Positions 24,321-37,586 of a DNA stretch of 64,000 bases are shown one piece after another; the stretch's first letter is position 1; each line of letters opens with the position of its first letter. The stretch comes from Vicugna vicugna. Taxonomy: Eukaryota. The stretch lies in assembly GCA_013265495.1 (NCBI GenBank), contig MU059537.1, forward strand, positions 5,651,132-5,715,131, in the 5' to 3' direction. The position numbers and the translations under genes are program-made. The notes under the pieces were generated by a model, which searched no databases, was not told the DNA's origin, and worked only from the letters and a program-made list of their open reading frames with translations.

Positions 24321-25323
24321 CCTGTGGTCCTGCCCACGCTGAGGAGCACTGGTGAGGTCAGCCCCGGCTCAGGACCCAGCGGCACCCACTCCTCCCCGAG
24401 GGAGATGTGCGGAGAGGCCCTCCGGGCGGGGGAGGCGGAGAGATTGCCGCCCGGCCACCTGGGGCTGCGGATGCTAACGCCCCTCCCTGTAAAATGAGGG
24501 GCAGGCAAAGGCTCTCAGAAGTACCTTCTAGATCTAATGCTTACAGCTTGTGGAAAGGGGTGGATTGCTTCTGAGAGAAAGCAGGGGAAGGAGAAAGCTC
24601 CGTGGTTATTTCAGTCGATCAAGCCCCTGTCGCGGGGCCCACCGTTCCTTGCGCCCCAGTAATTAGAATGGGCAGTGCAATCGTTACCACCTGCAATTTC
24701 TTAACTCTAAGACAGGAAAGACGCCCTGGGGACACTGGCTTGGGGGACATCTCACGTTTTGGGCCCCAGTTCTTCACCTCTCCTGGTAGCCACATATTTT
24801 CCCGGGACTTTGCAGTTCCTGCCACTAGCGAGAAGGAGTGCTTCCCCGCCTGGACCGTCAGTCGGGCCAGCGCACTAAGGCAGCGGTGACAGAGCAGCAG
24901 ATCCAAGCCTCACCCTCATCGCCTGGGGCATCGCCTTGTTCTCTCCCGCTTCTGCCCACAGGAGAACATGCTCTTTCAGAACGAGAGACACGTGAAGCAG
25001 GGCCAGGCCGTCCTGGCCAAGGCCAGACGAGATCGGCCAACTGCCAGGCGACCCCTAGATGCCTGAGCAAGTCCAGCCGAGGTCAGCGCGGCCACTAGCT
25101 GAGCCAGCCGCCCGCAGCGCACCTGCAGCCCAGGGCTACGTCGGTGCGTCTTGCCGAGTGCTGTTGAGATGCTCTGGGTGTTTTTCATGCAGCATTTTGA
25201 CTCAGCGGCTTTTCAGGATGCATCCCTCAGAGTATGGAGAGGGCTCCTAGTGGTCTAGCAGACCTTGTGGGTCAGGACAATTAATCGTGAAGGAACACAC
25301 GCGGGCAGAAGGTAAAGACTTAC

Positions 25324-25488
25324 CCTTGAACTCCTGGCCTCCCAGACGCAGCATCACCTGGCCGCGGTCCTGATCGTAAGTCACCCCAGGGCATGTGGCA
25401 TCAGCCTGGGCTTGAGGAGGTTCCCTCCAGTCTCTGACGTGGCAAAGCAGGACATCGGGAGAGCTCAGCAACCCACAGACGATGGGAC
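25324..25488 (-). CDS. TG: TG exon 27 (165 nt)
   Basis: ctgcag|GTCCCATC...TTCAAGG|gtaagt; PIVCGLLSSPDVLLCHVRDWREPPQAQADATCPGVTYDQDRGQVMLRLGGQEFK. Confidence 0.96.
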
Positions 25489-25894
25489 CTGCAGAGTCAC
25501 GAGAGTGGGGAGAGGTCAGTGTGATGGGGACCCAGCAGAGCCCCTCTGGAGACTCACGTCTGCGCCCTGAGAGGCTTGTAGGGTGGGGACAGGGAGCAGC
25601 TCCTTGGGAGTGGACAGGAACACCCGAACTCAGGAGCCTGCTTTTAAAGTGGGTTCTTCTTCCCCGATAGTTCTCCAGTTGTCTTACTGGCAAATTCCCA
25701 AGCAGAGAGCCGCCACCATGCCTGCTGCCCCTCTCCTCCTCCACAAGAGCCCTTCTCCCCGGGACAGTGGCAGTGACACCTCCGATGGCGCTCGGGGTCT
25801 TAGTGCCAGAATCCTCTGTCCCCATTTTCTATCTTTTGGGGCTTCAAGGAAATAAACAGCAGACTCACACTCTCTTTCTTTCTCTGTCTCTCAT

Positions 25895-25932
<38 letters not shown>
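25895..25932. repeat. (CA)n microsatellite preceded by a TC-rich tract, intron 26
   Basis: Read directly from the sequence. Confidence 0.95.
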
Positions 25933-25933
<1 letters not shown>

Positions 25934-26444
25934 GAGGAAATCAATTTGGAAGGAGCTCAGGAAGGAGTATTTAGATTCAAAGTGAAGAACTATTTAAAAA
26001 GAGCTGTGCCCCCGTGGCGCACGCTTCCCTGCTGGGGCGTGAGCTCCTCGTCTCTGGACGTGTCCAAGCCGGGGCTGTGTGCCCACAGCCCTGGGATGCA
26101 CAGAGAGAAATCTGTTACTAGGTTTGGTGGGTGGAAGGCATCGGACTATTTTGTCTTGCATGTATCTTCCAAGTGAATTTTAAAAAATTAAAACCGCCTT
26201 AATGTTGTGACATTAAGTAGTCCCTTCCTCATCCTAATTCATGTTCAAATCCGGATAAGCTTCAAGCTTGTCTCACCAAAATCTGCCCAAGGTGGATGAC
26301 ATGTGGGCATCTGGCTTATGAATCTGACATTTTGTTCTTCTCCTGTCCCACTTTTACTCTGAGTAGTTAAAAGCCATCACCATCATCAACATTATCAGCG
26401 GCAGTAGCATCTCTGAAAGAAGTAACCTTAGAGACCCACAAACA

Positions 26445-26630
26445 TGGTGGTTCTCAAACCAGGGTGCTTAGAGCGATTGTATCAAAAACAGAGAGAGATT
26501 TGAAAATGCTCGTCCCTCGGCACCAACCACAGCGTTTCTGACTTGATAGGTCTCGGCTGGGGGGAGGTGGCATTTGGGAATTGGTCATCGTGAGTCGCAC
26601 CCAGATGATGCTGGTACACAGCCAGATTCC
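26445..26630. mobile_element. MER5A-like hAT-Charlie remnant
   Basis: TIR-like gtggttctcaaacc...ctgacttgataggtctcggctgggg...ccagatgatgct. Confidence 0.65.
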
Positions 26631-27726
26631 AGAGTCCCTGACTGAGTTAGAGCACTTGGTTTCACAGGCGGGGAAATGGAGGCACAGGAAGGGAGAACGG
26701 TTGGGCTAGTTGCTCAGAACTAGAGGAATGACCAGCAGACAGCCAGTGCCTCGGCCAGCCAGGACTGAGTCGGAGCACAGGCGAGCGGGGGTGCACGAGA
26801 GCCCACTGAGAGCCCAGAGAGGGTCTGAGCCCCGCGGCTGCCCCGCAACAAGCCAGAGGACAGAAACACGGAATTAAACAAGAGGCGGGGCGTGTCTCCC
26901 TCCGCTCTCAGACCTGGGAAGAGGAAGGCAGGCAGCCCTCTTCTGCAACTAGCACCAACTTGCCAGTGAGAGCCCTGGGGGTCTGAGAGGCGGGCGCCAG
27001 CTGCAGAAGGAAGTCAGCTTCCAAGATGCCCCCGTGAGCCTCTGAACCCCACTTCCAAGTGGCCTCACTGCTTGTGAAGTACAAGTAGCCTCATGAAATG
27101 TAGGTGCAGAAGCCTCACGAGTTTTCTCAGCAGTGGAAACAAAGCCATTTAAGGGTTGGAGTTTGGAGGACACTGGAACGTTGCAGGGAAGAAGGGGACA
27201 GGGGAGGAGGGGGAATCTCCCAGATTAAACGACTTTCCAGACTGCAGTAAAAGGATGTGCTGGGATCCTGTTCCTGCTCATGAGCAAACCCAGCCAAAGC
27301 TTTGTAAGTTAAAACTCCACGTCTGCCCGTCAGACGAGACTGGGGAGCATCTGCCTGATGTTTTATGTGTGTCTCGAAGAAAGCTGAGCTCGCAGCGTTG
27401 TGAGGTGGCTGGTTGTTCGGCTCAACATAATTCACAGATCATAGGTCACCCTGGGAAGGGAAAGCAAGCCAGCTGCTAGACAGAAATGTCATGGAAAACA
27501 GGACTGTGTGGGCTGGCTGCTCCATGGAACAAAATAATTATTCTATATATGATCCTAAGGAAAGTGAAATCAACTTTTCCAACTTGAAAAATCATATGGT
27601 CTGGTGAGTAATCAAACATCTGGGGAAACTGTGTCCTCAGAAGAGACATTTCGTTTAAAGAAGGCAGAAGGCACCCTGGGTTTGCACTGCAGTGTTCCTG
27701 AATATAGGCAGACATACAGACATAGA

Positions 27727-28130
27727 CAGACACCCCTCAGAGCCATTGCAGGTTTGGGTCCAGACCACCACGATAAAGCGAATATTGGAATAAAATGAGT
27801 CCCACAGATTTTTTGGTTTCCTGATGCATATAAAACTTAACGTTCATACTATACTGTCGTCTACTAAGTGTGCAATTACAGCACCATGTCTAAAGAAATA
27901 AAGTCTACACCTTAATTTAAAAAATACCTTAGTGCTCAAATATGCTGCCCATCATCTGAGCCTTCAGCCAGTCCTAATCTTTTTACAACAGTCACATCAA
28001 AGACCACTATTCACAGCTCTCCGTAACAAATGTCCTAATGACGAAAAAGTTTGAAAAACAGTGACCCTGAGACACGAAGTGAGCCAATGCCACTGAAAGG
28101 ATGGCGCCAGGAAAAAATTGTACAGGCCTG
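27727..28130 (+). mobile_element. Internally deleted Tigger1 derivative (TcMar-Tigger)
   Basis: The Tigger1 5' end (cctcagagccattgcaggtttgggtccagaccaccacgataaagcgaatatt...) joins directly to the 3' end (acatcaaagaccact...gaaaaagtttgaaa...gagacacgaagtgagc...atggcgcc...gcctg). Confidence 0.85.
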
Positions 28131-30043
28131 AGTGCAGACAGCGGGGGTGGAGGCGGAATAAATCTTGATCCCACAATCGGTAAGAAAGTAGCAACAAGAA
28201 ACGGGGGTGACAGTTCAGCAGAGGGGAAGGACGGTTGTCGGACAGTTGAGCATGATTCTTAGGTTGACGGTTTGGGTGTCTTTCCCCACGACGGGCTTGT
28301 TTAGGGTAAAAACTGTTCATTTAGACGCATGCAACAGTCAAGGCCTCGGCCTGTGCTCCGGAGGCTGCAGGGGAAGGAGTGGGCTGAGAAGGGAGGAGCA
28401 GCAGGTCTTGGGAGGCAGGGAGGAGAGTGTTTAAAGCCCTGGGGAGCGGTCCACAGTGCTGGCTGCTGGAGACAACCAGGCTGGGGAGGAGGGAGGACGG
28501 GGAGGGGCGCCTGGTGACTGTGAGCTGGGGAAGCACAGAGCATCCGGCTGCAGGGTCTGCTGCGGCGGAAAAGGAGAGAACACGGCTCGGAGCCCTGCTG
28601 TGTTATGCTTTCCTGGCTGTTCAGGAGGGTCGAAGGCTCTGGACCGTGCAGAGGGGCACACAAGGCAGAGCCCTGGCTGGTCTCAGGGTGGAGAACAGGA
28701 GCGAAGGATCAAGACCCCGAGGAGATGGAGGCAACAGGCTCTCACCCCCATGAGGCGGGGTTCAGCCTCTCAGGAGGGACCCTCCACCTCCGAGCCTGGA
28801 GGGAAGGATGCACGGGTGTTGGCGTTGAGCCCCGGGTGTGGTGGATGGTGGGAGCCTGAAAGATATCTGCTTACTGCTAAGTCCAGTGTCATGGCTGGTA
28901 CTCTCCAGAATGTGAGTTCTCCCCGATTCGGGCTCAGCTCACAGGGACACCCACTCTGACCAGACACTCTCTCCTCTCCTGTCACCTAAACACCACCCCT
29001 CCCACAGAGCCTGGCCCAGGTCTCGCCTCTTCCAGAAAGCCCTCCCTGACCACCAAGTGCCCTGGGTACCTCCCTCCTCTGCACTCAAGTCTCCTGCGTC
29101 TCAGACACTTATGGCACCTTGTTTACAGCGCCTGGTGCACGGCAGGCTCCGTACACGTGTGCTCGATGACAGCACAGGTGAAGGAGGGGAGATCAAGGTC
29201 TTTTCATGGTGCGCTTGCCTCCCCAGCCACACTCTGAGCTCCTTTCATCTCTTCTCAGTATCTCAGTATCTCAAACATTGGCTTGCACAGGTAACGTGAT
29301 CAACTAACATTTATAGTTGACCATAAGTGAGGGTCATAAAAAGGTAGATAAAATGACTTCAGTGTTTTTTAATCTTCAGAGCTCTCTCTAAGTGAATGCT
29401 GCCGGTCATGTAGCTGGTCACAGGCAAGTCCCTCCATCACTAAGTTAATAGCGCGACAGGAGCCAAACCCAAGTCAGCGCTCGGTACCCATTATCCTTAT
29501 AATGAGGGGTCAGATAGGAATTATCGTTCTCACTCTTTTACGGATAAAGGAACTACAACTTCGTTTTGGAAACTTGTCCGAGGCTGCACAGATGGAAACT
29601 GACTGAGTGACGACTAGAACCCAGGTCTGTCTGACCTAAGTGCCTTCTCAACCACAAGGCTACACAGCCAAAGACATGGATGTATTTCTATAGACAGAAG
29701 TCCAGCCTCACTGTTGACAGACAAGTGAAAATTCCAGTCCTGTGGATCCCAGGACCCGGCATACAGTAGGCGCCCAACAGATAATGACTGAATGAATGAT
29801 CCTGCGTGATGAGAACGAACTAGCATTTCTTGACCAAGTGCGGCTCGTCCAGGCTTCAGAGGTAGCGGTGAGACGCTACTGAAGATACACCTGGGCCCAA
29901 ATCTCCATTCCACCACTGTGTGACTGTGCCGTGAGCTGGAGGACTATGAGAAGAAGATGTCTGGGGAGCCCTACACCTTCCCCTAGAGTTTGTAGACCTC
30001 AGGCTGTGGAAGAGGTGGGCCCCAGCCCTCGCTATCCCATTAC

Positions 30044-30235
30044 CTCCTTGGACCTGCGTGAGGATGAAGCCATCGCAACAGGAATCATGGTCACAGGCAA
30101 GAAGACAGAAGAGGTGGACTTCAGTCAGGCTGGCTCCTGAGGCTGAGAACACGACGGGGCTGTACATTCCGGAGAGCGTGTTTTGGAAACCAGTTTGTTC
30201 AAAGCTTTTCTGACCTGTTGTGGTGAATTCTTGGC
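30044..30235 (-). CDS. TG: TG exon 26 (192 nt)
   Basis: ttcccag|GCCAAGAA...CAAGGAG|gtaatg; QEFTTTGQKSFEQTGFQNTLSGMYSPVVFSASGASLTEVHLFCLLACDHDSCCDGFILTQVQG. Confidence 0.97.
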
Positions 30236-31201
30236 CTGGGAAAAGGGCAGGAAAAAGAAATTCTTTTAAGATCTCAAAACAACGCAGAGTTAAGTAGAGT
30301 GTGCATCCAGCAGTGGAACCTCTGACCGTGCCAGGTGCAGGAGTGGTCCAGTGAGATGCTCTCTGTGCCAGGAAAGCCCTGGGCCTCCGTGTGTGAAGAG
30401 CTTGGAGCCAGTCAAAGCCTTAGCCCCAGACCAGCAGCCCTGGACAAGTGCCCATCGTACCTTTGTGGGTCTGAAAGGGAACTGTGGAAATCTGGCATTT
30501 ATTATCACATTTTTATTACCAACAGATGTTTACTGAGCTCTGCATACCCAGAGCCCAGCCATGTGCTAGATGGCCTCATGTCATGTTCACTGCCCTGTGA
30601 GCTCAGTCCCGCCTGCTCTGCAATCACGTGCATTTCTGCAACACAAAGTGGTTTGAACACATGGTGCACAGGCAGCCTGGCTGCTGCAATGCTGAGGCTG
30701 CACTGGTTGCTCCGCAGTTTCCCTAGCACATCACTGCCTTGTGCCATCAAACTACAGGCGAATGTAGCGCCTACAAATGCAACCGCAGGCATCAGGCGGC
30801 AGAAACACAGGAACACACGACGCCCATCAGCCCACGTGCCTCCTCTCCCCTCAGACTGGCCGGCAGCTCTGCTTTCAAAGTGACGTCTGCAATTTTGCCT
30901 TCTCGTTGCACATCTGGCCCTTGTCTCCCTAACGCAGCATCCTCAGCCCTTCCCTGCTCCATCCCCCATCAGCCTACCCTGCCCTTCCCACCCACTGCAG
31001 CTCTTCTTCAGGATGGATCCATCATGTCTTTCTCTTTTTAATTTTTGTTAGCATTTTAAACAGGATTGTTTTTGGTTTTGTTTTTGTCAGTCCTGTGGCT
31101 AAAAATGGCATGGTTTGAGTTTTGCCTGTCCCGGACTCCAGTTTTCCCATAAGCCCTGTTATTTTTAGAGCATCTTTTTTCAAATATGAGATTTTTCAGG
31201 G

Positions 31202-31224
31202 TAATATATATATATACATATATA
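31202..31224. repeat. (AT)n tract
   Basis: taatatatatatatacatatata. Confidence 0.85.
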
Positions 31225-32349
31225 TTTGGAAAGCCAAAATGCCTGGCCTATTATGATGTGCATTTTACATTTGAGGAAAGAGAGCCTTAACAAGTGGGTG
31301 GTCTTGCCTAGGTTTTTACAGCTGGTCAGTGGCAGGAAGAACACCAGAGCCAGGGCTTTTGTCCACCCTGACCTCCCAGTGACTCAGCAGGTCACCAGAT
31401 CTTAACCAACTCATGCACCTAAAAGTGGTGGAGACCTTACAGTGTGGGACCCAAGAGTGCAAGCTTCAGAACTAGACAGACCTGACTGCAAACCCCCACA
31501 GCGCCCCTGGCAAGCGGGTTTTAAGTCCTCGGAGGCTCAGCTTCCCTTCTGTAACTGGGGAAGATTTTCTGTATGTAATCCTCACAAATGTTGATCAGTT
31601 AAACAGACAGACTGTCCACTAAGAGGCTGAGCAACGATCCTGGCCCTTGGCTGGCGTTCAGCAGATATACTACAGGTTTCCAGAAGCCTCCTTCCTTCTC
31701 CATCCAAGCATTGGCTCACTCAGCCTCCTCTGCCTGACTGCCCTCTAACTGTACCAGGTGAAGCCCCGGTCCATCCTTCAGCAAAGCGCGGCTCAACTTA
31801 AAGGGCCCATCTCCCAGATTTTTATGGTTAGACTTCGTCTGCCTCTCTCCATCTCTCCTAGATTCTGCCTGTGCCTCTACTGAATGCTCCGTCATCCTTC
31901 ACCCTACAGTTAAGCCATTGAGACAGCGGCTGCTCCCCCACCAGCTGTGAGTCCCTGGAGCCAGTCCTTGTGGTCAGAGGCAGTAGTCATGAGCCATATG
32001 TGACCACTCAAATAGCAATTTCAGTTCATCATAGTTTGTGTTGCAATAGTCACAGTCCAAGGGCTCAGTGATCACAGGTGGCTGCTGGCTGTCATTTTGA
32101 AGAGCAGGGATTTACAGAATATGTCCATCCCTGCAGAAAGTTCTACTGAACAGTGCTGCTCGGGATGGCAGGGCCACGTCTCAGCTCACTAGGCATCTTC
32201 CAACAGCCCTGCAAAGAGGGCCACCTGCCCTGAGATCTGGGCACAGTGGGCCCCACCTCATCCTCCTTTCCAACAGCTCCTTCTCTGAAGCTCCTTCCAT
32301 GAAGCTCCTTCCATGAGCACCTAAAGCATCTCATGTCCATCTTTCTTCT

Positions 32350-32600
32350 CCTTTTTAAAGTGTCATAAAATACACATAACATACGATTTACCTTTTTAAC
32401 CATTTTTAAGTGTACAGTTCAGGGGCATTAAGCACATTCACATCGTTTGCACCATCACCACTATCCATCTGTAGAATTTTGTCTTCCTCCCAAATTGAAA
32501 CTCAGTCCCCATCGAACACTAGGTCCTCATTCCCCTCTCCCCTAGCCCCTCATAATCACTGTTCCCCTTTCTTCTCCATGAATTTGGCTCTTCTAGGTGG
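32350..32600 (-). mobile_element. L1MA/L1MB 3' end fragment
   Basis: aaatacacataacat...ttaaccatttttaagtgtacagttcaggggcattaagcacattcaca...ccctagcccct. Confidence 0.85.
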
Positions 32601-34529
32601 CCCGTGTCCATCTTTAACCCAATGTCCTGTTTCATTTTCATCAAAGCACTTATCACTCTCTGAAATGCTCTTACTGCTGGACCAGCTCCGTTATCAATCA
32701 GCGATCCTGTCTGTTTTGTTCATAGCTGCATCCACAGTGCCTGCCAGTGTGAGTATCACACCACGGGCGCTCGGGAAACGTTCACGGGATGTCAGTGCTT
32801 TGCGGACCCTCATGGAAGTCCAGTCCTAGACAACGGGGCCGGTCTGGGAGATCTTTCTGAGTTGCAGTCACAGGTTCACCTGGATGTAGCGGGTGGCAAG
32901 ATGCTTCTTCTGTCTAGGCTTCATCTGTGAAATGAGGGCTAGACAATCTCCAAGGAACCTTTAGGCACTGACTTCTTTTGATTCTGAAAAATCACATGGC
33001 TCCTCCTCCATGTTCAAGGCCACGGACTCAAGTGGGTGCGGACAGAGGCTGGTACTGGAGGAGCGATCAAGCAGTCCTGTCTCCCAGGTCACTCAAGGTC
33101 AGGCATGTGGGTGGATGTGCTGACTACCTACTTGGTGCCACGGACTGTGCAGGAGACTTTCAGAAACTGTATCCTTTCCTCCTTGTTTTATGTGATATTT
33201 TATTCCCATTTTACAGAAAGTAAAATAAGTCATTCCTGATCAAAGACAGAGCTAGTACGTGGAGAGGTGGGAGTCTGAAGCCAGATGCTGTTTCCTTCTC
33301 TTCCCATTGTTACACCACGGTCCAGAATGGCTGGGCCTGTGCATTTTCTGCTTTTTTTTTTTTAAAGGCAAAACAAAACAAAAAAAGGCAAAAGACAGCT
33401 CTGCCCTTGATTTAGTTTGGCAGCAAAGCAGCTTCACAATTTCCCCCGCAATTTTCCTCCGAAGTATAAACTTTCAGGAGATGAGAAGGAAAAAAATAAC
33501 AAACACTTAAAAAGAAATACAATTGCATGTTTTAAAAAACACGCTAAAAGGCTGAAGTGTGGTTTGAAAGAACATTTTTGGGAGGGGCTGCTTGTTTTAT
33601 TTTGGTTTTCCTACTCAGAGAATAATCTCTGTGCTCTGTCATTTTAAAAAGTGGGTAGTAAAAATAATTGGAATAAACACTGGGGCAGAAATTTTAAAGC
33701 CCTGGCCGGGGATCAGAGAAAACCCAGATCTGCAGGAGTCCATGCTCCCAAGGGAGCTCTCAGTTAAGACAGGATGGAGGTATTAGGCGAAAGAAGGACC
33801 AGAGACAAAAATACACAAACACTGGTCCCTGCCACGGGCCGAGGACTGACGAGGTCAGCCGAGGCGCTGGGCCCGCGTGGAGGCTGCTCTCCACGGGCTC
33901 CCCACCACTCCCAGCACAGGTCGGAAGCTGCTGGGGGCCGGGCCACCTGCCCTGGGCTCAGACCTAAGGGACTGACGTGCAGCCACCTTCAGTCCAACCC
34001 CTAAATCCTCACTCAGGCCCCCTCGGCTCTCCTCTGGTCCACAGCCTCGGGTTATCGGGAGACTTTAGCAGGAGTGAAAACGACCGTAGAAACTTCCTCC
34101 TGCACGTGCTCTTTACACGTGTCCCCTCATCGCCACCTCCCAGCCACCTCGGTTCACCTGTGACTCCTATTTGACTAACAGAATCCCAGCCGCCTGGGGC
34201 GTCAAGGAACTTGCCCAAGATCACACAGCTCGTGCACAGCACAACTGGGGTCAACCCAGGCCGGCGGGCTCCAGCCCCCCGACCCTTAACCACGCTGAGC
34301 GAGGGCCCAGAGAGCAGTGATGAGCAAAGGCCTCACGGCTCACAGCGCAGAGCCTAGTCGTGGCCCGGGGCTCAGCACCCTGAGCTGCTGCCGCCTCTCT
34401 TGGCCCCGATGGAGCGGGCAGGACCGTGCAGGCTGCAGGATTCTGGGGAGACACTCTCTGCTTCTCCCACACATGCTGCAGTGACCAGGAGGTGTCCTCC
34501 TGTCCCCACCTGTGAGGCCGTGAAGAGGA

Positions 34530-34730
34530 ATCAGACCCCCTGAGGTTCAGACCGAGCTCCCCATTTACTAGCAAGATGGCCAGCCTTGGGCAACTTTCTT
34601 AACCTCTCTGAGCCTCGGTTTCCTCATCTGTAAAACAAGCAGTATGACTCCATTTCTGCCTTCCTCCAGGAATTTCTGTGAGGGTGGAATGAAAGGAGGT
34701 GTGGGAAGTGAGCTGTAAACTGTAAAATAG
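34530..34730 (+). mobile_element. MIR SINE
   Basis: ccttgggcaactttcttaacctctctgagcctcggtttcctcatctgtaaaa. Confidence 0.85.
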
Positions 34731-35306
34731 GAGACACGCCTGGACTCAAAGTGCAGTCCAGGGACCAGCAACTTTGGCATCCCTGAGAGGTCATTTAAAG
34801 GCAGACTCTTGGCTTTACCCTAAATGACTGACTTGGCACGTGCATTTTCACCAGCCCCCAGGTAACGCGCATGCACAGTGCAGCGGGGAGAGGTCCTGGG
34901 TGCAGGGCGGTGAGAGAGGTGCCTGGAAGTTTGGACAGCTTGTGAGGTCTGACAGCTTCCAGGGAGGGTGGAGAGGAAAGGGAGAGGGGAGTAAAGGTCC
35001 AGGAGAGGGAGGGCCAGGGCGGGCAGCTGCAGGGAGCCCAGGGCCAGCGGCCCTGCTAGAGTCGCCCCCACATCACAGGCAGCCTTGTGAAGTTGCATAG
35101 GGTGAACGGTCTGGACTCAGCTGGCTTCTGCCCACAGCCTTTGTGTCTGCCCTGTAACTTAGTTCCTCACCAGCAAGATGGGCCTCCCAGCCCGCTGGGC
35201 TGGCAGCAGAGTGGCCCCTCTGTAAACGCGCCCTGCTGGAAAGCAGCTCCAAACATTGAACAAGTTAAGCCTCTGATGCCCCCAGTCATCCAGCTCATCG
35301 ACCTAC

Positions 35307-35415
35307 CCTTTTTCAAATACACAGCCGGAGAGTCTCCTTCCCCGCTCCGCACTTTCACCTGGCACAGGAGACTTCCGAAGCGGCTGGCCTCCGAGTTCCC
35401 CAACGCCTCTTGATC
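35307..35415 (-). CDS. TG: TG exon 25 (109 nt)
   Basis: ctttag|GATCAAGAG...AAAAAGG|gtaggt; DQEALGNSEASRFGSLLCQVKVRSGEGDSPAVYLKK. Confidence 0.96.
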
Positions 35416-35454
35416 CTAAAGACGGAAAGAGGCTGCATGATCGTCCTGTGATAG

Positions 35455-35830
35455 TTAACAAACAATCCAACAAACATTTCTCAAACTCTAACCAAAGCTA
35501 GTCACGGGGGCTATGGATATAAATAAGAGAAGATTCCTGCTTGTTGGTTTCTCCCCGTCTACTGGAGCACACAGACACGTAAGCAGTAAATTCCAGCCCA
35601 GAGTGTTGGCTGCAAAGACAACATGGAATAAAAGAGGGGATAATTAACAGAAGAGGAAGTGATCATTCTATTGAGAAAGCACAGCTAGAAAAATGTTCCC
35701 AGATAAAGTGAACCCAGTTGGGGTTCTGATGCATAAGTGTTTGTCGGGTGAAAACAAGAGAAGTGGGATTTTAAGCAGAGGAAACAGCACAGATGGAGAC
35801 CTGGAATCCCATGGGTGTTTGATTAACTAG
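35455..35830 (-). mobile_element. L2 fragment
   Basis: caacaaacatttc...acagacacgtaagcag...gcagaggaaacagcacagatggagacctgga. Confidence 0.55.
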
Positions 35831-37470
35831 GTCCAGTGGTTCCCAAGGACTGTCTGTCATGAGAGGCGGCGGGGGAGAGAGTGGCAAGGGCCAGCTCACA
35901 GAAGACCTTGTTGGCACACAGCTTGTATGCAGTGAGGGTTGGGAGGAGGTTCTTTAGCTTGGAAAAGAGGAGGTCTGACCTCCGGAGAGGGTGCTGTTCT
36001 CGCTTCACTAGCTCTCGCTCTCCGCATCCGGCGCTCTGGCTCTGTGGGTGTGGTGGGGAGGACCTGCGTCACTTCGCGTCTCGTGTTTTGTCCTCTCCCT
36101 GCCAAGTTGCCACTTTTGAGTTTTCCGGTTCAATTTCGGGAATTCTTGGAGGGTGAGGCTAAAATCAAGGCTATTTGAAGGCAACAGTTCTTCCTACTTT
36201 TTAGGAAACCTGAACTCACTGAACAATGATGGTCTGGGGAGGCAAGAAGGGCCTTTGTGGAAGAAAGGTTCCTACAGACTGAGAAGGACGTGAGTTTCGA
36301 GCCCCAGGTTAAGGAAGCCCTGGTCCCATCTGTGGGGTGTGTGCCTGGGGGTGCCAAGCCCAAAGTGTGGGGCTCCAGCCGCAGCAAGAGTTCTTTCCAC
36401 ACCCCGACTGGCCCAGACACAGTGGCACCAAGGAGCCGGAAGGCAGCGCCTGGGACCGCGGCGTCGGCTCTGGGCATCACCATCAACAGGACTGCGGGGC
36501 CCGGGGCCCCAGGGCCCTGAATGAGCAGAGCCCTGCTGATGGTTGAGGTGGAATTCCTGCCAGCCTGACGTGCAGTCAGCAAGACTAACAGCAGCGGTGA
36601 CAACTGTGATAGAGGTCGCCGAGCACCGACTCTGCAGCAGAAACTGCCCTGTGAGCTTTTCCACGTAGGGCTTTACAACAATCCTGGGTGTGGGTGCCAC
36701 GGCCACCCCACATTTATGGGGGCTCAAGCAGCAGGACTGGGACTTGAATGCAGGTCACCTTCTAACTCTCCGTGTCAGACAGGGTCTCTCACGGGCTGAG
36801 GAGCTGGAGTCCATTCCTTTTTTTGCCTTTTTTCTTTGTAACAAAGAGGCTTTGCTGTTGTCCTAGACTAAAACCCACACTTACTGAGCAAGCAGCTTTC
36901 AGACAGCAGAGGACTAAATGATCAATAAGCTAAAATGCTCGCGCAAAGAATTGCTTTTCACTGCAAACCCTTCTGTCCTAATGCGGAATAATGATGAAAT
37001 TGCCAAAACTCCATCAGCTTTGACTTACATCGACAGCAACTTCATGTGGTTCTAACAAATATTTAACTTTTTTCCTTTTTAAGCCAAAATCATGTTTTGC
37101 TTCTACAATGGAAAGGAACACAGGGGTCCGGGACTCAGAGGGACAGATGGCGTTTAGGGCCTTGGACAGTAGCCCAAGCTGCCGATGAGATCAGCTTGTG
37201 GGGAGCAGAGGGGGATCCTCTCCTGACTGACTGGTCAGGAGACGGTACACTCAGCTGTGGTCCCTGTGTCTGCTTCATCCTGAGCCCCTGCTGGGCTACT
37301 GCAGCTTCCATTTCCCAAAGTCCCATCGTTCTGAAGGAGTGGAGGCCACGTAGCACCAGCTACTGACAATCTCCTTCCATCACCTGATCAGTCTGGTGTC
37401 GATTCAATCAGGTCACGTCTGCCGCAGGAGGGACGAGAGGCAGAACCGCCGCACAGCTGCCACCACTCAC

Positions 37471-37586
37471 CTGGTCAGAAGCTGTGCAGGCGATGTTGTC
37501 ACTTGTCCCAGCATAGAAATCACATGAGACTTCTGATCCCGCTGTGGTCACTGTGAGGAAGCTGCAGGCCTCGTCCAATGCACAGT
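37471..37586 (-). CDS. TG: TG exon 24 (116 nt), start of type-3 repeats
   Basis: ttgcag|ACTGTGCA...GACCAG|gtgagt; CALDEACSFLTVTTAGSEVSCDFYAGTSDNIACTASDQ. Confidence 0.97.

Noticed and set aside
30335-30883. 182-aa plus-strand ORF and its minus-strand counterpart
   Set aside because: Intronic, no domain, no splice support, and partly repeat-derived.
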